NCBI RefSeq assembly: GCF_009914755.1
Contig: NC_060928.1
Direction: 5' to 3' (one strand)
DNA from: the human T2T-CHM13v2.0 reference genome, Homo sapiens
Length of the DNA: 64,000 nucleotides
A program made the position numbers and the translations under genes. The notes under the pieces were generated by a model. It saw only the letters and a list, made by a program, of their open reading frames with translations. It was not told where the DNA came from and did no database searches. Below, piece by piece: positions 38,627 to 53,297 of this stretch. The number at the start of each line of letters is the position of its first letter. Position 1 is the stretch's first letter.

Positions 38627-41559
38627 AAGACCCACTTCTTTCCATTTTGCATACACTTCTCTTGTATGTATCCTGTTGCTCATTCCTAAACTCTATCTGT
38701 GAGATGAAAGAGGAAGCCAAAGCAGAAGAATCCTCTCTTTTCTTTTCAGGTTCATTGTGTCTAACAGCTTATATTCAATGTGTGTCAAAGAAAATTTACT
38801 CCAGTCAGACAAACACTAAATTGGCAACACATCAGATAAAAACAAAGTAGCGCTGAGTATAATAAAACACAAAGATTAGAAGTTCAAATCTTCTCCTGAT
38901 ATTTGTTCTGGCCAGTATATTTGTACTTCTCACTAGCATGTTGCAATACTGAGAGCAGAAAGTGATATAACAAAGAAAGTTTTCTCTACTGGTTAGTACC
39001 AAACCTAAGATTCCCAATAGCTTTAACTTCATGCTCATTCTAACTTTCAATTGCGTCAGATATAGCATGGGTTTCATTAGATTCCCGGATTTCATTTATT
39101 AGAAAATATTTACAATGTTTCCACCATTCAATATAATTGTGTAAATGTCACAATAGGCGAAAGTTTACCGAAGTCATCAAACTAAACGATAAATCTGTTC
39201 AATGACAAAGTTATCAGAAATTATTTTGGATGACTGGATAAATGGATCCAATCTAGCAATGAGAATATTGATATATAAAGACCTACACAAGTACAGTTTG
39301 AGAACATTCTAGGATTTCTATCCTACTCCATACTCGTGTTGAGTCAATAATATGGTCAGTAACCAAACAAATATTAAACAAATAGTAAAATAAAAGCAAA
39401 AATCAGCTGAGCCTTAAGATGCAATCACAGAGTTATAGAAGAATATGCTTTAAAGAAGCATTAACAGATTAGAAAGTATTCATAGAAGAACAATGAGTGA
39501 GGAATTTGACTAACAGCTTGAAGAAAGGAACTGTTCAGCTTGAAAGACTGAAGGCTTAGTATAACAGTCATTTTTCAGTATTGGAATTATTCTACATGGT
39601 CCCAGAGATTACCTATCAATTTATTTATTCATGCATTAATTTATAATTTTATTTATTCAGAAATATTTACTGGGCATATATAATAATCCACACACTTTCT
39701 GCGTAATATGAATGCAATGATGAACAAAAGAGAAATGGCCCCTTTTGTATTCAAGGTTATAGAATAAAAGGAGAAAGATCATTGGCCAATGTAAAGTCAA
39801 TACAAGGTGATTTTAGATCAATATAGAGAAGCCTTTCTCTTAAACAAAAATGCTCCCAAATGGAATGAATTCCTTAAAGCTGATGTGTTTTTGCTACTGG
39901 AGGTATAATTCAGACCAAATAGTCATGTGTTTGGAAATTTAAGGACTGAGCAAAGTCCTAAACAAGTCACTCTCTCCTTAATGTCTTATCAATATATGTC
40001 TATTTTTGTTTCTTCATTTGAGGACAAGATAATATTTAGTCAGGTACAATGCAAAGGAAATGTTATGATAATAATATAAGCAAATATGAAGTACTTTTAT
40101 GCAAAAGCTTAGACTAAATGCAATCAACATGAAATCCTAAATTTCACGTTTCATATTATTCACTGAAACTTATACCAAATTATTTCAGAGTTCTTGGAAA
40201 AATTATACCCATAAAGCTTCCAAATTATGGTGAATACTATTGGGTTTGTTGCTATGGAATGGAGGAGCATGAAGATGGGACAGAAAATTCATGTTCTACA
40301 GTAGATAGAGCTTATAAGAATGGGTTATTCAGGTGCAAGTTATAGAAACCCAACTCAAATTTATTTAAGACATAGATGATGTATTTATGTATAACCATGT
40401 GGAAGTCCAATGGTGGACAATTGCTGCAATAACAGATGTTTGCACTCCTCCAACCATGCCATTAAATATCTGCTTATTTCTCTCTCCATCTTTCAGCTCT
40501 GTTTTCCACTGTGGTGACTTTAATCTTAGCCTCTGTCTATATGCAATGATGAGACCCAGTAGTTGATCTAAGCTGTCAATGTTCATGGGATTTGCAATAT
40601 TGAAGGAATGCTTCTTCCATCTAATGCCTTTATTGGTTTTCCTGCCATGCTTCTGATTGGCCTTCCTTGAGTCATGTGTACACTTATATGGGCCACCTTG
40701 TGTATGATGAAGATTACAGTAAAATGTGGGAGTATGGTATTAATGCAAGCTTTATACCCATCTCCAAGATCCCAAAATAGGTAAGAACTCAGAGGCTTCT
40801 CAGAATTACTAAGCTAATAAGACAGGTGCAGTCAAATCACAAAAATTTTATCTTACGACTTTCTTCTACGCATTTTTATCCACCCTAACAAATTTTCATA
40901 TATCTTAATTAGGCCTTAATTATATCACTTGCAGCTCTGTGCTTAACATGTCCAGGTATTGAATGAGAATACTTCATATTTATTAAGCTTTTTTTGATGT
41001 AGAGATGGTATATAATCTTCATGGCATCCTCTTGAAGATAACAGGCATCATCCATATTCTCTAGATGGAGAATTGGAAAGCTTTCAAATGACTCAAAATT
41101 ACTTGCTGGTTGAGAGCTAAGTACAGTAATTCTAACTAGCACTTTACTGTTCTATCTGCCAAACCCAGAAGGCAAAATGTTATGAAAGTTTCTTCTTTGA
41201 TTCATTTCAATTCAATTCAGCTCAATTTGATTCACTAAGCAGTAGTAAGAATGTATAATGTGCTCAATGTCATCCTAAATACACTGGGCAATGAAGAATA
41301 TGAGTAAGGCAAAATCCCTTAACCTTAAGTATTACATAATTTAATTGAAAGTACAACACATAAACTTAAGAAATAGCAGCATAAAATTTGAGTTAATATT
41401 TGCTATTCTATAAATTCTTAACTGCAAAAGGAGTGAGAGAGATAATAAGTGCAATCATAGTTAAGATCTTATATAACGAAGCTTGGCATTGAGTCTCTCA
41501 CATACTGACAGTTTTCTATAACAAAATTTCTAAATATATTTTTAGAATTTATCCACTCC

Positions 41560-41910
41560 ACATTAGTTTTTGTATACTACAGTAAGCCAGCTAGGGTCTT
41601 TAGTGCTGCAGGCACAGTGGTAACTAAAAAAAGTGCCAATCTAGTCCTTATGGAATTATATTTTAAAGAGGAAGGATATTAAACAAACATGCATAACAAC
41701 CAATAACATAACTTGTTCTGTGTGCTTTAAAGGGAAAGTACAACTTGCTAGGGAAAATATAACAGTAAAACAGATTTGGGTTTGGATGATTAGGATGGTT
41801 AAGGCTGAGGCATTGAGGTTGAGACCTGAAAAGGAGGAAAAGATAGTCAAATAAGGTGCCAGGTGAAGAGCATCCCTGAAAGCAGAAAAAGCATAAAAAC
41901 ATGTCATCTT
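41560..41910 (-). mobile_element. L2 fragment
   Basis: gtccttatggaattatatttt...cattgaggttgagacctgaa...gagcatccctgaaagcagaa. Confidence 0.55.
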
Positions 41911-42584
41911 AAACAACAGCTCAGAATAGGTAAATAAAACAAGGGAACATATGTAGATACCTAACAGTGTGATTTCCCTTGTTTTTTAAATTTCTGGGGA
42001 AAATGAAAATTTGGCACTTATATCTGTTTAGAAAATTAGTGTATGTTCAGGGACTAACAACTGTAAGAGAAAGCTCAAAGAGAGAAAACAGGTGACTTTA
42101 TGAACATTGTCTTTAACAAGAATGCTTGGGCAGGTTTGAGGGAGGGCTCCAGAAATCAGAATAAAGGAATTAGCGTTATCTGTAAAGGTTTTGCCCCAGT
42201 AAAAAGCTTTAAGGTGACATGTGAATATTTTAGACTCAATCCACTGGATAATAGGAATGCATTGCAGGATGTCTAAATATCTTTCCATTTGCTGGTATAC
42301 TATGTCACTAGCAATTTAAGCTTAAAAACAAATCTTTATCATTTTGTGTTTTTCCAGCAGTATTTAGAATACTCCCTTGTACAAAATGAGTGTTCAGGAA
42401 CATTTTATGGATCTCCTGAAATAATGATTTCAAAATATAAGTTTAGTAAAATTAATCAAGATAATTACGATGTTTGGAGTAGGTAGATGATTGTATGAAG
42501 ATGGTGCAATGTTTTCCCATTAATCGCTTTCTTTTACCTCAACAGCAACTTTTGTATTACAACACTCAACCCTCTGCAGCAGAG

Positions 42585-42668
42585 TATACACACACACACA
42601 TATATATATACACATATATATCTATTTTGTATTTATACATATACAAATGTTTATATTTTTATACATAT

Positions 42669-42699
<31 letters not shown>
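42585..42699. repeat. (CA)n/(TA)n low-complexity tract
   Basis: Directly visible. Confidence 0.9.
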
Positions 42700-43550
42700 G
42701 GAAAAGGGGTATCCATTTATTTTTAACATATTTTTGACCTTTTATTCAATATATCTATGTAAACTGTCTTAAATCCTTTGTAGAATAAGGTGGGGTACAG
42801 AGTAACAATTATGAATACAGCACTTCACATTTCACACAGTTAGATATACATATTGTATATACATATATAATACAACAGATATTACATATTCATTGTAATA
42901 GATATTACAACTTTATATTACATTTTACACCCAAAGTTACTGGTAAGCTTAATACATGTATTATCTTTATATCCTTGTTCTGTCTCCCTGAGATCAAATT
43001 TGGATATTGGTTTGAAATCAGTATCCTATAGTCACAGACACCCAACTAGCTTACCAAAGGCAAAGCCTTCTTCACAAGCATACGTGCTAAAGATTCTAGC
43101 ACTATTGGTGCCTTGAATACTGCAGACTAAATTGAGCCTTTTCCAGACATACATGTCATTATTTAAAGCATCGGAGTAGGTGATGTCTTCTTTGGTGCAT
43201 CCAAGGAGGGCAAAGGATGGTCTGAAGATCCCGTTTTGCCAAATATCCCTCTCTGTGTAAGGCATTTCCACACAATGTCAGTCATTGCCCTTGTATTGTG
43301 AGCCCAGACAGGGGCTATATGTTTGGTTTATTTTTATTCACAGTAACTATAAGGCATGTGGCATGAAACAAGTGCTTCATATTTTTTAAATGACAGAATG
43401 AGCAGATAAATGAAGTGAGCAAATGAATGAAGAAATGAAATGATCCCGTCATGTTGGATTATTATTTAGTTACAACTGATGCAGTAGAAGGGAAGGACAA
43501 GGGAGATGCACACTGTACAATAGATATTAGTCACTCAACAAGCGTGTGCT

Positions 43551-43677
43551 GCTGGGCATGTTGGTATGCACCTGGTACTGGATCTCCTAGGTACTGGAGA
43601 GGCTGAAGCAGGAGATTACTTGAACCCAGGAATTCAAGACCAGCTTGGGCAATATAGGGAGACTGTCTCAAGAAAAA
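43551..43677 (+). mobile_element. FLAM (free left Alu monomer) with TSD
   Basis: Single monomer with A tail; TSD aag(c/t)gtgtgct at 43540-43550 and 43678-43688. Confidence 0.85.
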
Positions 43678-44797
43678 AAGTGTGTGCTGAATGGATAAAG
43701 CGGCGGTGAAAAAAAAATACTGATAAAATTTGACATTGTACTGGGTATGTGAAAAGCAGTGATGAGCTGAAATATACAGAACATTTATACTTTCAGTGGT
43801 TTTTATACTTGAATCACTTGAGGTATTTTTTTTTACAAGTACAGATATACTGAGGCCAACCCCTAAAGGTTCAATTCAATGGATTTAACAAAGCTAGCAA
43901 CACCTGTATAGCCAGTGGACCCAGATAATACATAGAGAGATTCTGCATTAGATATAAATGGAAATATTGTTCACTGTGTTTAAAAAATTGAAAGAGAAGT
44001 AATGTTTTTTCCACTTTGGGTTGCTAAAGTGCCATTCTAAACAACTCAAATTTGCTTTTTTGTAACAGAGATCTGCGAAAAACATAAATAAATAAATAGC
44101 GTATGTTGCTAATTTCTCCCTTTGACTCCTGACCCGAAGAAAAGCACGGTGAATTGTAAACTGTCCATGAACATTATGCATCGCTTAAACACCTTTACCC
44201 AGGTATTCTAGGTAAGTTGAGCAGGTTAAAAAACTAATGCTCACTACCAAATTCTGCTGGGAGCTTTCCCCACAGCTATGGCTTCAGAAAGTGCTATGCT
44301 GGTAAAACTAAGCAGGGAGGAGCCGGACAATCAGAAAGCAAGCTGTGGAACCACTATAAGCAGCAAGGCTAAATGTATATCTAGCATGGCCAGTTGTTAA
44401 TAGTTTCCGGGGGGGGGGGCCCTATTCTCCTTTGAAATAAAATAGGGGATAGAGCCATACAAATAAAGGATTGAGGATCTCCTTGACATTCATTTCCATC
44501 TCTTCTGGAAGAGCTATTTCATTCCAATCATGTGGCTTTAGGGGGCCTCCATGTTCTCATAGGACCCTGGGATTCAGCAACTTTTCATTTCAATGAAAAT
44601 GAGTACACAAATCAGCTCAGATGTTCAGAACATGACATGGGGCTTTCAAACTAGAGAATAGAGAAGTGTCCTATCCCACATCTAATGGTGAGATGGGCGT
44701 GGTGCAGCAGTTGTTTTCTGCTTTGGAAACTAGCTTAGACAAAGAAAACCAAGACAGCAGCATGCATATCTGGAGAGCGGAGTGAGGACAGAAGTAA

Positions 44798-45226
<429 letters not shown>

Positions 45227-48200
45227 ACCATATGCCTTTATCTTGGCTACATGCACTCTACAATTACTCTGCTAACTTGTCTAAATCAATTTGAGTTGGA
45301 TTTTTGATATTGCAAACAAGAATTTTTAACGAATTTGGGTGTGGGAGTTTTCTGCTTTAATTCTGTTAAATTGGACCTACTGGGTGAATTGTGGAGAATC
45401 AACTCTTTGGAGGACTAATATCTTATATTGTGAAACTAATTTAAAATTTGACACAACTGTGCAATACATTATAAGAGAAACTCTGAAGAAGCAAAAACAA
45501 AACCAAAAAATTTTCCTCTGCTACCTACACATACTTCTCTCTCAAAGGTAAACATTCATGAAAGATATTTATAGAAGTCTTGGATATGGCAGACAATATA
45601 TCATTGTATAGTATCATTTAAGAAAATATGTTTCTATTACACTTCACTGGTCAAAAATTATGCTTTTAGTTCTGATGCCTCTTGACCAAGGTCTATTTAA
45701 AATGTCTGCCTTATGTGGCAGACAAATTTTGCTCAAATATTGTTAGGATTATATATATTTCAGTCTTTCATGTTTTCCTGCCTCAGTAAGAAATGGTCCA
45801 ATTTTTTCTAATAAACCTTCATAAATAATCTGTTGACTAAATGCCCAAACTTTTGCAAAATTCAGTCCCTCAAATCTCGTCTTAAATTTAAAATTCACCC
45901 ATGCAATTATCTGAAGTCTATACATCATCTTTGATTTTGTTCTGGTTCCCCTGCCACTTAGTGAATGATGATTATCAACTTTCCAGAGTCTGTCTTCTTT
46001 TCCTGTTGTTTCAAGGTTTTTTTAAATTCAGATTTGAGGTTACTGTTTTCTCATAAATTCCTACCTATTGTTCCTTAATATTTTCTTAATTTTGAATCTT
46101 GGACCACTGTTACAATGTGCCTTTTTGCTTTAACGACTTAAAGTTACTTACAACTTTCAAAGTTTACGGACAAAAGATATGCCAGAAAACAACATATTAT
46201 GCAAACTCAAGAGAAGAAACAGATTAGATTACCCCCAATATTCTGCTGAATAAAAACCTTCATTTATCTTCAGACTTCAGGCAATAAACATGCAATACAA
46301 AATCACTGGAGATAATGAGGACAATTCTTACAGAAAAGTTTGATAAAGAATAGAGAATTTGGCTTTGCATCTGTCCTCCCAGAATTTGGAAATTGATGGA
46401 AATAGGGCGGTAGAGGAAATGAAACAGCAGCTTCAAATGCCATGTAAGCCTAACAGGTAAAACTTCAAGATCCATCTTTTTGTTTTTTTGTTTTTTTGTT
46501 TTTTTTTTTTTTTAACTGTCCTGTATGGAACACACAGCTGTTTTGCAGAAAGGTTCATTTAATCCTCTTAAAATGAAAACATGAGATATATCTAGACAAT
46601 TTCCTATCATTCACAATGCTAGGAAAGGGTCAAAAGGGAGAGCTATTTTCTCATGTAAAGCTCATTACATGTGACCTTGTTCTATCTTTAGAATTAAAAA
46701 AAAATAATAAAATAAAGGCTTTCATCATTACTTTCCAGATGCTATGCCTGTCAGTTACTCACTTGTATTGGTCTCTAGGTATTCTCCTGTCCAATTCCAG
46801 AACACCAGAATTATGACAAGTTTATCCTACAAGTTATCTAAGATTCTAGGAAAGAGAAGATTTACATGATTTGTTGAGTTTTAGCTGCCGGTTATTGAGC
46901 ATTCTTTAAGTGAAGAGTTGCGGCATGGTATTTTTATAAACTTTACAATAGGAACCTATAATTATCCTCATTTTTATGAAAATTTTGACAATTTGGAAGG
47001 TTACATAAGTTGTTCTAGGATTTGAAAGTTTTGAAAACACAGGAAGCTTATTGGAACACAAATTTCTGTATTAGCTCATAAGCATCTCAAAGGCCGATTC
47101 TAAATCTTACATCTGCAGGGAGTTGAATGTAGTGGCCTCTCATTTGTTGAATGTATGGACAAGCAAAAGTAAATATGACATCCAGGGTCACTTTTCCTTC
47201 ACATATACAGCCTTTCTATTTTCCTTAGATTATAGGTCAATTATTAGAAGGAATTTTTCAGAGGTATATATACCAGATGACAGTTGAAGTGGCATTTCAT
47301 TAAAATTAAATCTATTTTGAATACATTTATGTATATAAAGCATTTAGGACAATTCTGGCTCGGTTTAAAAAATGCATTCTTTCTTTTTCTATTATTATTA
47401 TAAAGTATCTATGTATGGTTCACATTCATATAAATGCTACTAATATACTCAGTAGAGAAGGAAAAGCAAAAATTAAAAAAAGGAATTAAACCAGTTGCTT
47501 AACTCTAAAAGCCAGTTTTCTCTTGAAAGAGCACACTTTGTAATTCATATTATAGATTATGAATTTATTCATGCCTATTTGATTAAAGAAACATCACTTT
47601 CTGTTTCTGAACATGATAAATGGTTCCTGCTCACTTGAAAGGTGACAATGGAACATTAGTTTGATTTTTTGTGTAGGGATGTAATGGTCTTTGCTAATGG
47701 CCTAAAGCAATAGATTCAGATGAAAAATTAAAATGTTTACTATCTTTTCTCTGTATTATGTAAGAAGAGTCCCTCAGAGAATATTGTTTTCATTATTGTG
47801 GATGATTTATCCTTTGTGAGTTATTTTGCTGTGAAATTTGGAGGGCAGACACATTTCTGACTTTATACACAGTTTTATCTCTTCATGAGGTAGCAAGAAG
47901 TGAAATAACCTCTCAGGAAAGGTTGAAAGTAGACACTTATTATATAAAACAGTTTGAACTATTCAATATCCACGGCTAATTTTGCCCTCCTTTGCTGAAA
48001 TAGTGCAGCATTTAAACACTGAAGAAGCAATATACTGATAATGAAACCATTTCCAGGCAAAGAACTTAAAACAGGTATTTAGTCCGGATCGTTTCAGTAT
48101 AAATGCCTATGCATCCTCAAACAGTTTAGGCTAATGCAAAGCAAAGAACTGCATCTGGGGGTAAAGGTATATATCTGTTTTAACCAGAACTTACTATCGG

Positions 48201-49789
48201 AAGAATCTTTTTAAATGAAGATTCCCTTCAGTTGCGAAACAACCCTTTGTTGGATTATGAACACACATATAATTAATTCAACTCTCGGTGTTATTCACTT
48301 ATTATTCAAATATGTTTTCAAATATTATATTTATTTGCACCTTTACAATAAAAATTAAAACGTGAATTTCTGATAATAGCTGAGTATTTTTACTGACTAC
48401 AACAAAAATAAGTGTGTTATTTAGAACACATTCTTGTTTCTTTTGTTTGTTTTGTTATGTGTGGGTTTTCCACATGCCTAATAAAAATACCATACATATA
48501 CTACAGGACTGCAGTAACCAAAACAGTATGGTACTGGTACAAAAATAGAAACATAGACCAATGGAACATAATAGAGAGCCCAGAAATAATGCTACGTATC
48601 TACAACCACCTGACCTTTGACAAAATAAATAAAAACAAGCAATGAGGAAAGGACTCGCTATTCGATAAATAATGTTGGGATAACTGGTCAGCCATATTCA
48701 GAAGACTGAAACTGGACCCCTTTCTTACACAATACACAAAAAGCAACTTAAGATGGATTAAAGACTTAAATGTAAAACCTCAAACTATAAAAACCCTGGA
48801 AGATAATCTAGAAAATATTATTCAGGACATAGGACCTGACAAAGATTTCATGACAAAGATGCCAAAAATAATTGCAATGAAATTTGACAAATGGAACTTA
48901 ATTAAACTACAGAGCTTCTGCAGAGCAAAAGAAACTATAAACAGAGTAAACCGACAACCTACAGAATGGGAGAAAAGTTTCACAAACTATGCATTTGATA
49001 AAGGTCTAATATCCAGAATCTATAAAGAACTTAATGTACAAGAAAAAGGCAAACAATCCCATTAAAAAGTGGGTAAATGACATGAAAACTTTTCAAAAGA
49101 AGATATACACATGGCCAAAAAGCATCTAAAAAAGGCTTATCTTTAATCATTAGAGAAATGAAAATGAAAAACACAATGAGCTACCATCTCACATCAGTTA
49201 GAATGGCCATTATTAAAAAGCAAAATAATAATAATAATAATGTTACGGTGAGGCCGCAGCTAAAAGGGAATGCTTATACACTGCTAGTGGGAATGTATAT
49301 TAGTTCAACCATTGTGGAAAGCAGTTTGGTGATTTCTCAAATAACCCAAGATAGAATTACCATTTCACCTAGCAATCCCGTTATTCAGTATATACCCAAA
49401 GGAATATAAATGGTTCTACCATAAAGACACATGCATACATATATTCCTTGCAGCACTATTCACAATAGCAAAGAGATGGTATCAACCTAAATGCCCATCA
49501 ATGGTAGCCTGGATAAAGAAAACGTGGTACATATACACTGTGGAATACTATGCAGCTATGCAAGAAAAATGAGACTGTGTTCTTTGCAGTAACATAAATG
49601 GAGCTGAAGGCCATTATCCTAAGCCAGGATGTACAGGAACAGAAAATCAAATACCCCATGTTCTCACTCGTAAGTGGGAAATAAACAATGAGTACATATG
49701 GATACAAAGAAGGGAACAACAGACACCAACGTCTACTTGAGGGTGGAGGGTGGGAGGAGAGAAAAGATGGAAAACTACCTATCAGGTAC

Positions 49790-50566
49790 TGTGTCCAGAA
49801 TTGGTTCCTTCCGGTGGATTCTTGGTCTTGCTGACTTCAAAATGAAGCCGTGGACCCTCTCAGTGAGTGTTACAGTTCTTAAAGATGGTCTGTCCGGAGT
49901 TTGTTCCTTCAGATGTTCAGATGTGTCTGGAATTTCTTCCTTCTGGTGGGTTCGTGGTCTTGCTAACTTCAGAAGTGAGGCCACAGACCTTTGCAGTGAG
50001 TGTTACAGCTCTTAAAGGTGGTGCATCCGAAGTTGTTCATTCCTTCTGGTGGGTTCGTGGTCTTGCTGACTTCAGAAGTGAGGCCACAGACCTTTGCAGT
50101 GAGTGTTACAGCTCTTAAAGGTGGTGCATCCGAAGTTATTCATTCCTCCCAGTGGGTTCACGGTCTCGCTGGCCTCAGGAATGAAGCTGCAGACCTTCAC
50201 GGTGAGTGTTACAGCTCATAAAGGTACTGCAGCCCCAAAGAGTGAGCAGCAGCAAGACTTACTGTGAAGAGCGAAAAAACGTTTCTACACCACAGGAAAG
50301 GACCCCAAGTGGGTTGCTGCGTGGCCAGCTTTTAGTCTCTTATTTGGCCCTGCCCACATCCTGCTGATTGGTCCATCTTACAGAGCGCTGATTGGTCCAT
50401 TTTATAGAGTGCTGATTGGTGCGCTTTTACAGAGTGCTGATTGGTGCGTTCACAAACCTTTAGCTAGACACAGAGTGCTGATTGGTGTGTTTATAACCCT
50501 TCAGCTAGACAGAAAAGTTCTCCAAGTCCCCACCCGACCCAGAAGCCCAGCTGGCTTCACCTCTCA
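49790..50566 (-). mobile_element. LTR12-family (ERV9) solo LTR
   Basis: tgtgtccagaattgg...ctggcttcacctctca; perfect 4-bp TSD gtac at 49786-49789 and 50567-50570; U5 tandem repeats and repeated gctgattgg. Confidence 0.95.
50325..50490 (-). promoter_or_regulatory. LTR12 U3 promoter region with five CCAAT boxes, pointing leftward
   Basis: gctgattggt (reverse complement accaatcagc) at about 50363, 50386, 50411, 50436 and 50477; NF-Y binding is established for LTR12, activity of this copy is unknown. Confidence 0.55.
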
Positions 50567-50989
50567 GTACTATGCTGACTACCTGGGTGAACAAATAATC
50601 TGTACACTAAGCCCTGGAGACACACAATTTACGTATATAGCAAACCTGCAAATGTACCCCTGAACCTAAACTAAAATTAAAAGATAAAGAAATACAATAT
50701 GCTACTAGTTTGAAATGAAGAAAGGTAAAAGGAAATAGCTCATTTAAAATGAATCAGCTTTCTCTAGTTTGGTGGCAGAAGGCAGTTGGCAGAACTGTAA
50801 CTAAATCAAGAAAAAAAATCAAGATTATACGTTTTAAAAATGTTTATATTTTATAATAAATTTTTGCCTTCTCTTCCCCTGCTGGTTTTGGTAACTAAGT
50901 TCGAAAAAACAGTGGTTATTTTAGTAGACTTTGCCAATTATTCTTCTTTGCCTTTAATCTTTAGGTTGGCAAATAAAATCACACAGATC

Positions 50990-51160
50990 TCCTCCTCGTT
51001 CTGCTACTTAATAGCAATGGAACCAGGGGCAAATTACTTAAAAAATCTAAGCTTTGCTTTTCTCATCTGTACACAGGGATAATCAAACTCTCTCTCTTAT
51101 ATTGTGAGAATTCAGTAAGACAATGTACATAAACTCTTAGTACAATATAATTATTCGATA
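50990..51160 (+). mobile_element. MIR
   Basis: ctgctactta...ggcaaattactta...ttctcatctgtacacagggataat...ttgtgagaatt. Confidence 0.65.
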
Positions 51161-51503
51161 TATATTATCTACTGAAAATCTTTGATTTGCAAATTGTGCA
51201 GGCTCAAACTGAATTTTAGGAAAAGGCAGTTTTCACAGGTGTTACACTGGCTGTATCAGCCCTATTAATCATCAAACGCCTTTGAAGTCTGTCCTTAAGG
51301 AAATTACATTTTACTCTGTGAACAAAGTACTGATGGGCAATTGTAGGCAAAGACTGGAAGAAAGGCTACTTTTACTCAGTCATGGATTCTCAAGAATTTT
51401 TACTCAGGGATCCACTGTATTGTTTTCCCAGGAATGGGAGATGGGCTTGTGAAGTATTGAGCTCTTCACCAGAGATGTTTCCTTTATTAACTACAATTAA
51501 GGC

Positions 51504-51972
51504 TGTTGAGACAGAAATAATCTGATGAAGGTTTAATTGGATGCCAAATGTGAGACACACCAACAAAGTTGGCAGTGTTTCAGGGCCTGTTACAAATTGA
51601 AAGGCTTTTATCAGAATGTTTAGGAGAAGGGAGGGTGGCTTCTCATATTGGAGTTGTCCTTTTTCATTGGAGAGTGCAATATAGAGGTTGCAATCATTGG
51701 GTACAGATTGCAGCATCTAGGCTAAAATGTCTATGTGCAGGACAATCAGGAAAACTTCCTGATTTAGAAACAGATCAGCAAAACTTCATGATTCAGAAAC
51801 AAATCAGCATCCTTTTCAGTGTCGGTAGGTTACATAGTAATCAGTACATCAATAATTTTAAAGAAATCATGATAATATTCTTTACTCAGGGACAAGATGC
51901 TGCCGTGAATCACAGGACCTCCACCAGGTCGGTTAATTTGGAAGCCTGCCAAAGATGACCTGCAGATTTTCA
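51504..51972 (-). mobile_element. ERV1-class solo LTR (MER49-like)
   Basis: tgttgagacagaaataat...ggttaatttggaagcctgccaaagatgacctgcagattttca; TG...CA ends; internal repeat aaaacttc(c/a)tgatt(t/c)agaaaca; name from memory. Confidence 0.6.
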
Positions 51973-53297
51973 ACTTCTTAGGATGGTAGGGTGAGATTTT
52001 TACCTCTCATGTACATGTGCATTTGACAAACTTTGCTTAGGGAAGTAGGGAGTGAGAAATAACTGGGGAAGACAAAAGACTATAGTTTCATTCATTTCTC
52101 CTGAGCATTCTTAGGTCAAAAGTGGAGAGAATTTGAAATGGATGCCTGAGAGCTACATTTTTAAGTACTCTCCCTTCTATAAATGTATATGATAGAGACG
52201 TGATAAAAGTAAAAGTTTTTGTTTCAACTTAGTAAAAGTATCACGTATTTTTCTATTTTTATGTCAGATTAACTTCAAGACTGTTCACAAAATATTAGTA
52301 AAACAAAAAAAATTGCATCTGCAACTCAACAATTTTGTTAAATATTGGGGTTGTCTACTGAGCAAGTTATCAGGGATATACTCTACTATGGGTGGAAAGG
52401 CATTTGGTTTTTCTTAAATATTTTCCCCTGAATGTTTTTATAACTGCCTCAAAACCTGGTTTTGGGAATTCCCTTTAGACAAGCGTTTGAGTCCTTGAAC
52501 TCACAATTTACAGAGATGGTCAGAGTGCATATGTTTTTCTTTACAAATTCTGCAATATGAATTGTTTATTTCTATAAATAGCTGCTCACTATTTGCATAT
52601 AAGTTAAGGAAGATTTTGACACATATGAGTTGATTGTTAATGGAGCCTATATCCTCAGAGTTCAGAGCCTATGAAAAATAGTAAGTTTCACTATATATGT
52701 CAAAGAAGTATATCAGAGCCTTCACTCAGATTTGTGCTAGAATGCAAACATATAATCAAGATTATGAGGAATGCTGTCTAGTTTGTGGAGTTCTTTCAGT
52801 GATATCTCGAGAAAATAAAATTAGCTTGCCTTTATCATATTTGACCAGAAAATAACTTTATGAATATAAACAATAATATTTATTTTGGTCAAATACTAGG
52901 ATCCCAAGGCTGAATTAATATTCTTAGGAAAAACTGGGTATTTGAACATTAGCGCTCATTTGATAAATTAAATTACTGTTTGAGCTGGTGCATGCACCAA
53001 ATAAGGTAAGATAGCATCTGAGCTATAATGTAAGTTGTACTTATATCTGCTACCTTTGTTTCCTCATGTACCATAATGTGCTGTTTCTAGTTTGACAGGA
53101 TGACATACTGCTTCTAGTATGACAGGATGGTGCTACCCATTGTCGGTAATTCTAAAGTCCTTATTTTCACCTGATTTACCAGAGTCTAAGCTATGCTTAC
53201 TGCAGTTAAGCTCTGCTGGTCTGAGCATATGTGACATGCCCATGAGTGAACAACTGTCAGTAAAAGTGCTTTAAATCTGGGTATGTGGGTGGGGAGA

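Larger units (their letters stand above)
48497..50690 (+). mobile_element. 5'-truncated L1P (ORF2 C-terminal region plus 3' UTR), split by LTR12
   Basis: Peptides [51 protein letters not shown]; ends aacctgcaaatgtacccctgaacctaaa plus A-rich tail; degraded TSD aaatac(c/a)ata. Confidence 0.95.

Noticed and set aside
44409-44419. Poly-G run as a G-quadruplex or regulatory element
   Set aside because: A single short homopolymer without other G-tracts
49698-50663. ORFs with repeated peptide blocks (GGFVVLLTSEVRPQTFAVSV)
   Set aside because: Translations of LTR12 tandem repeats
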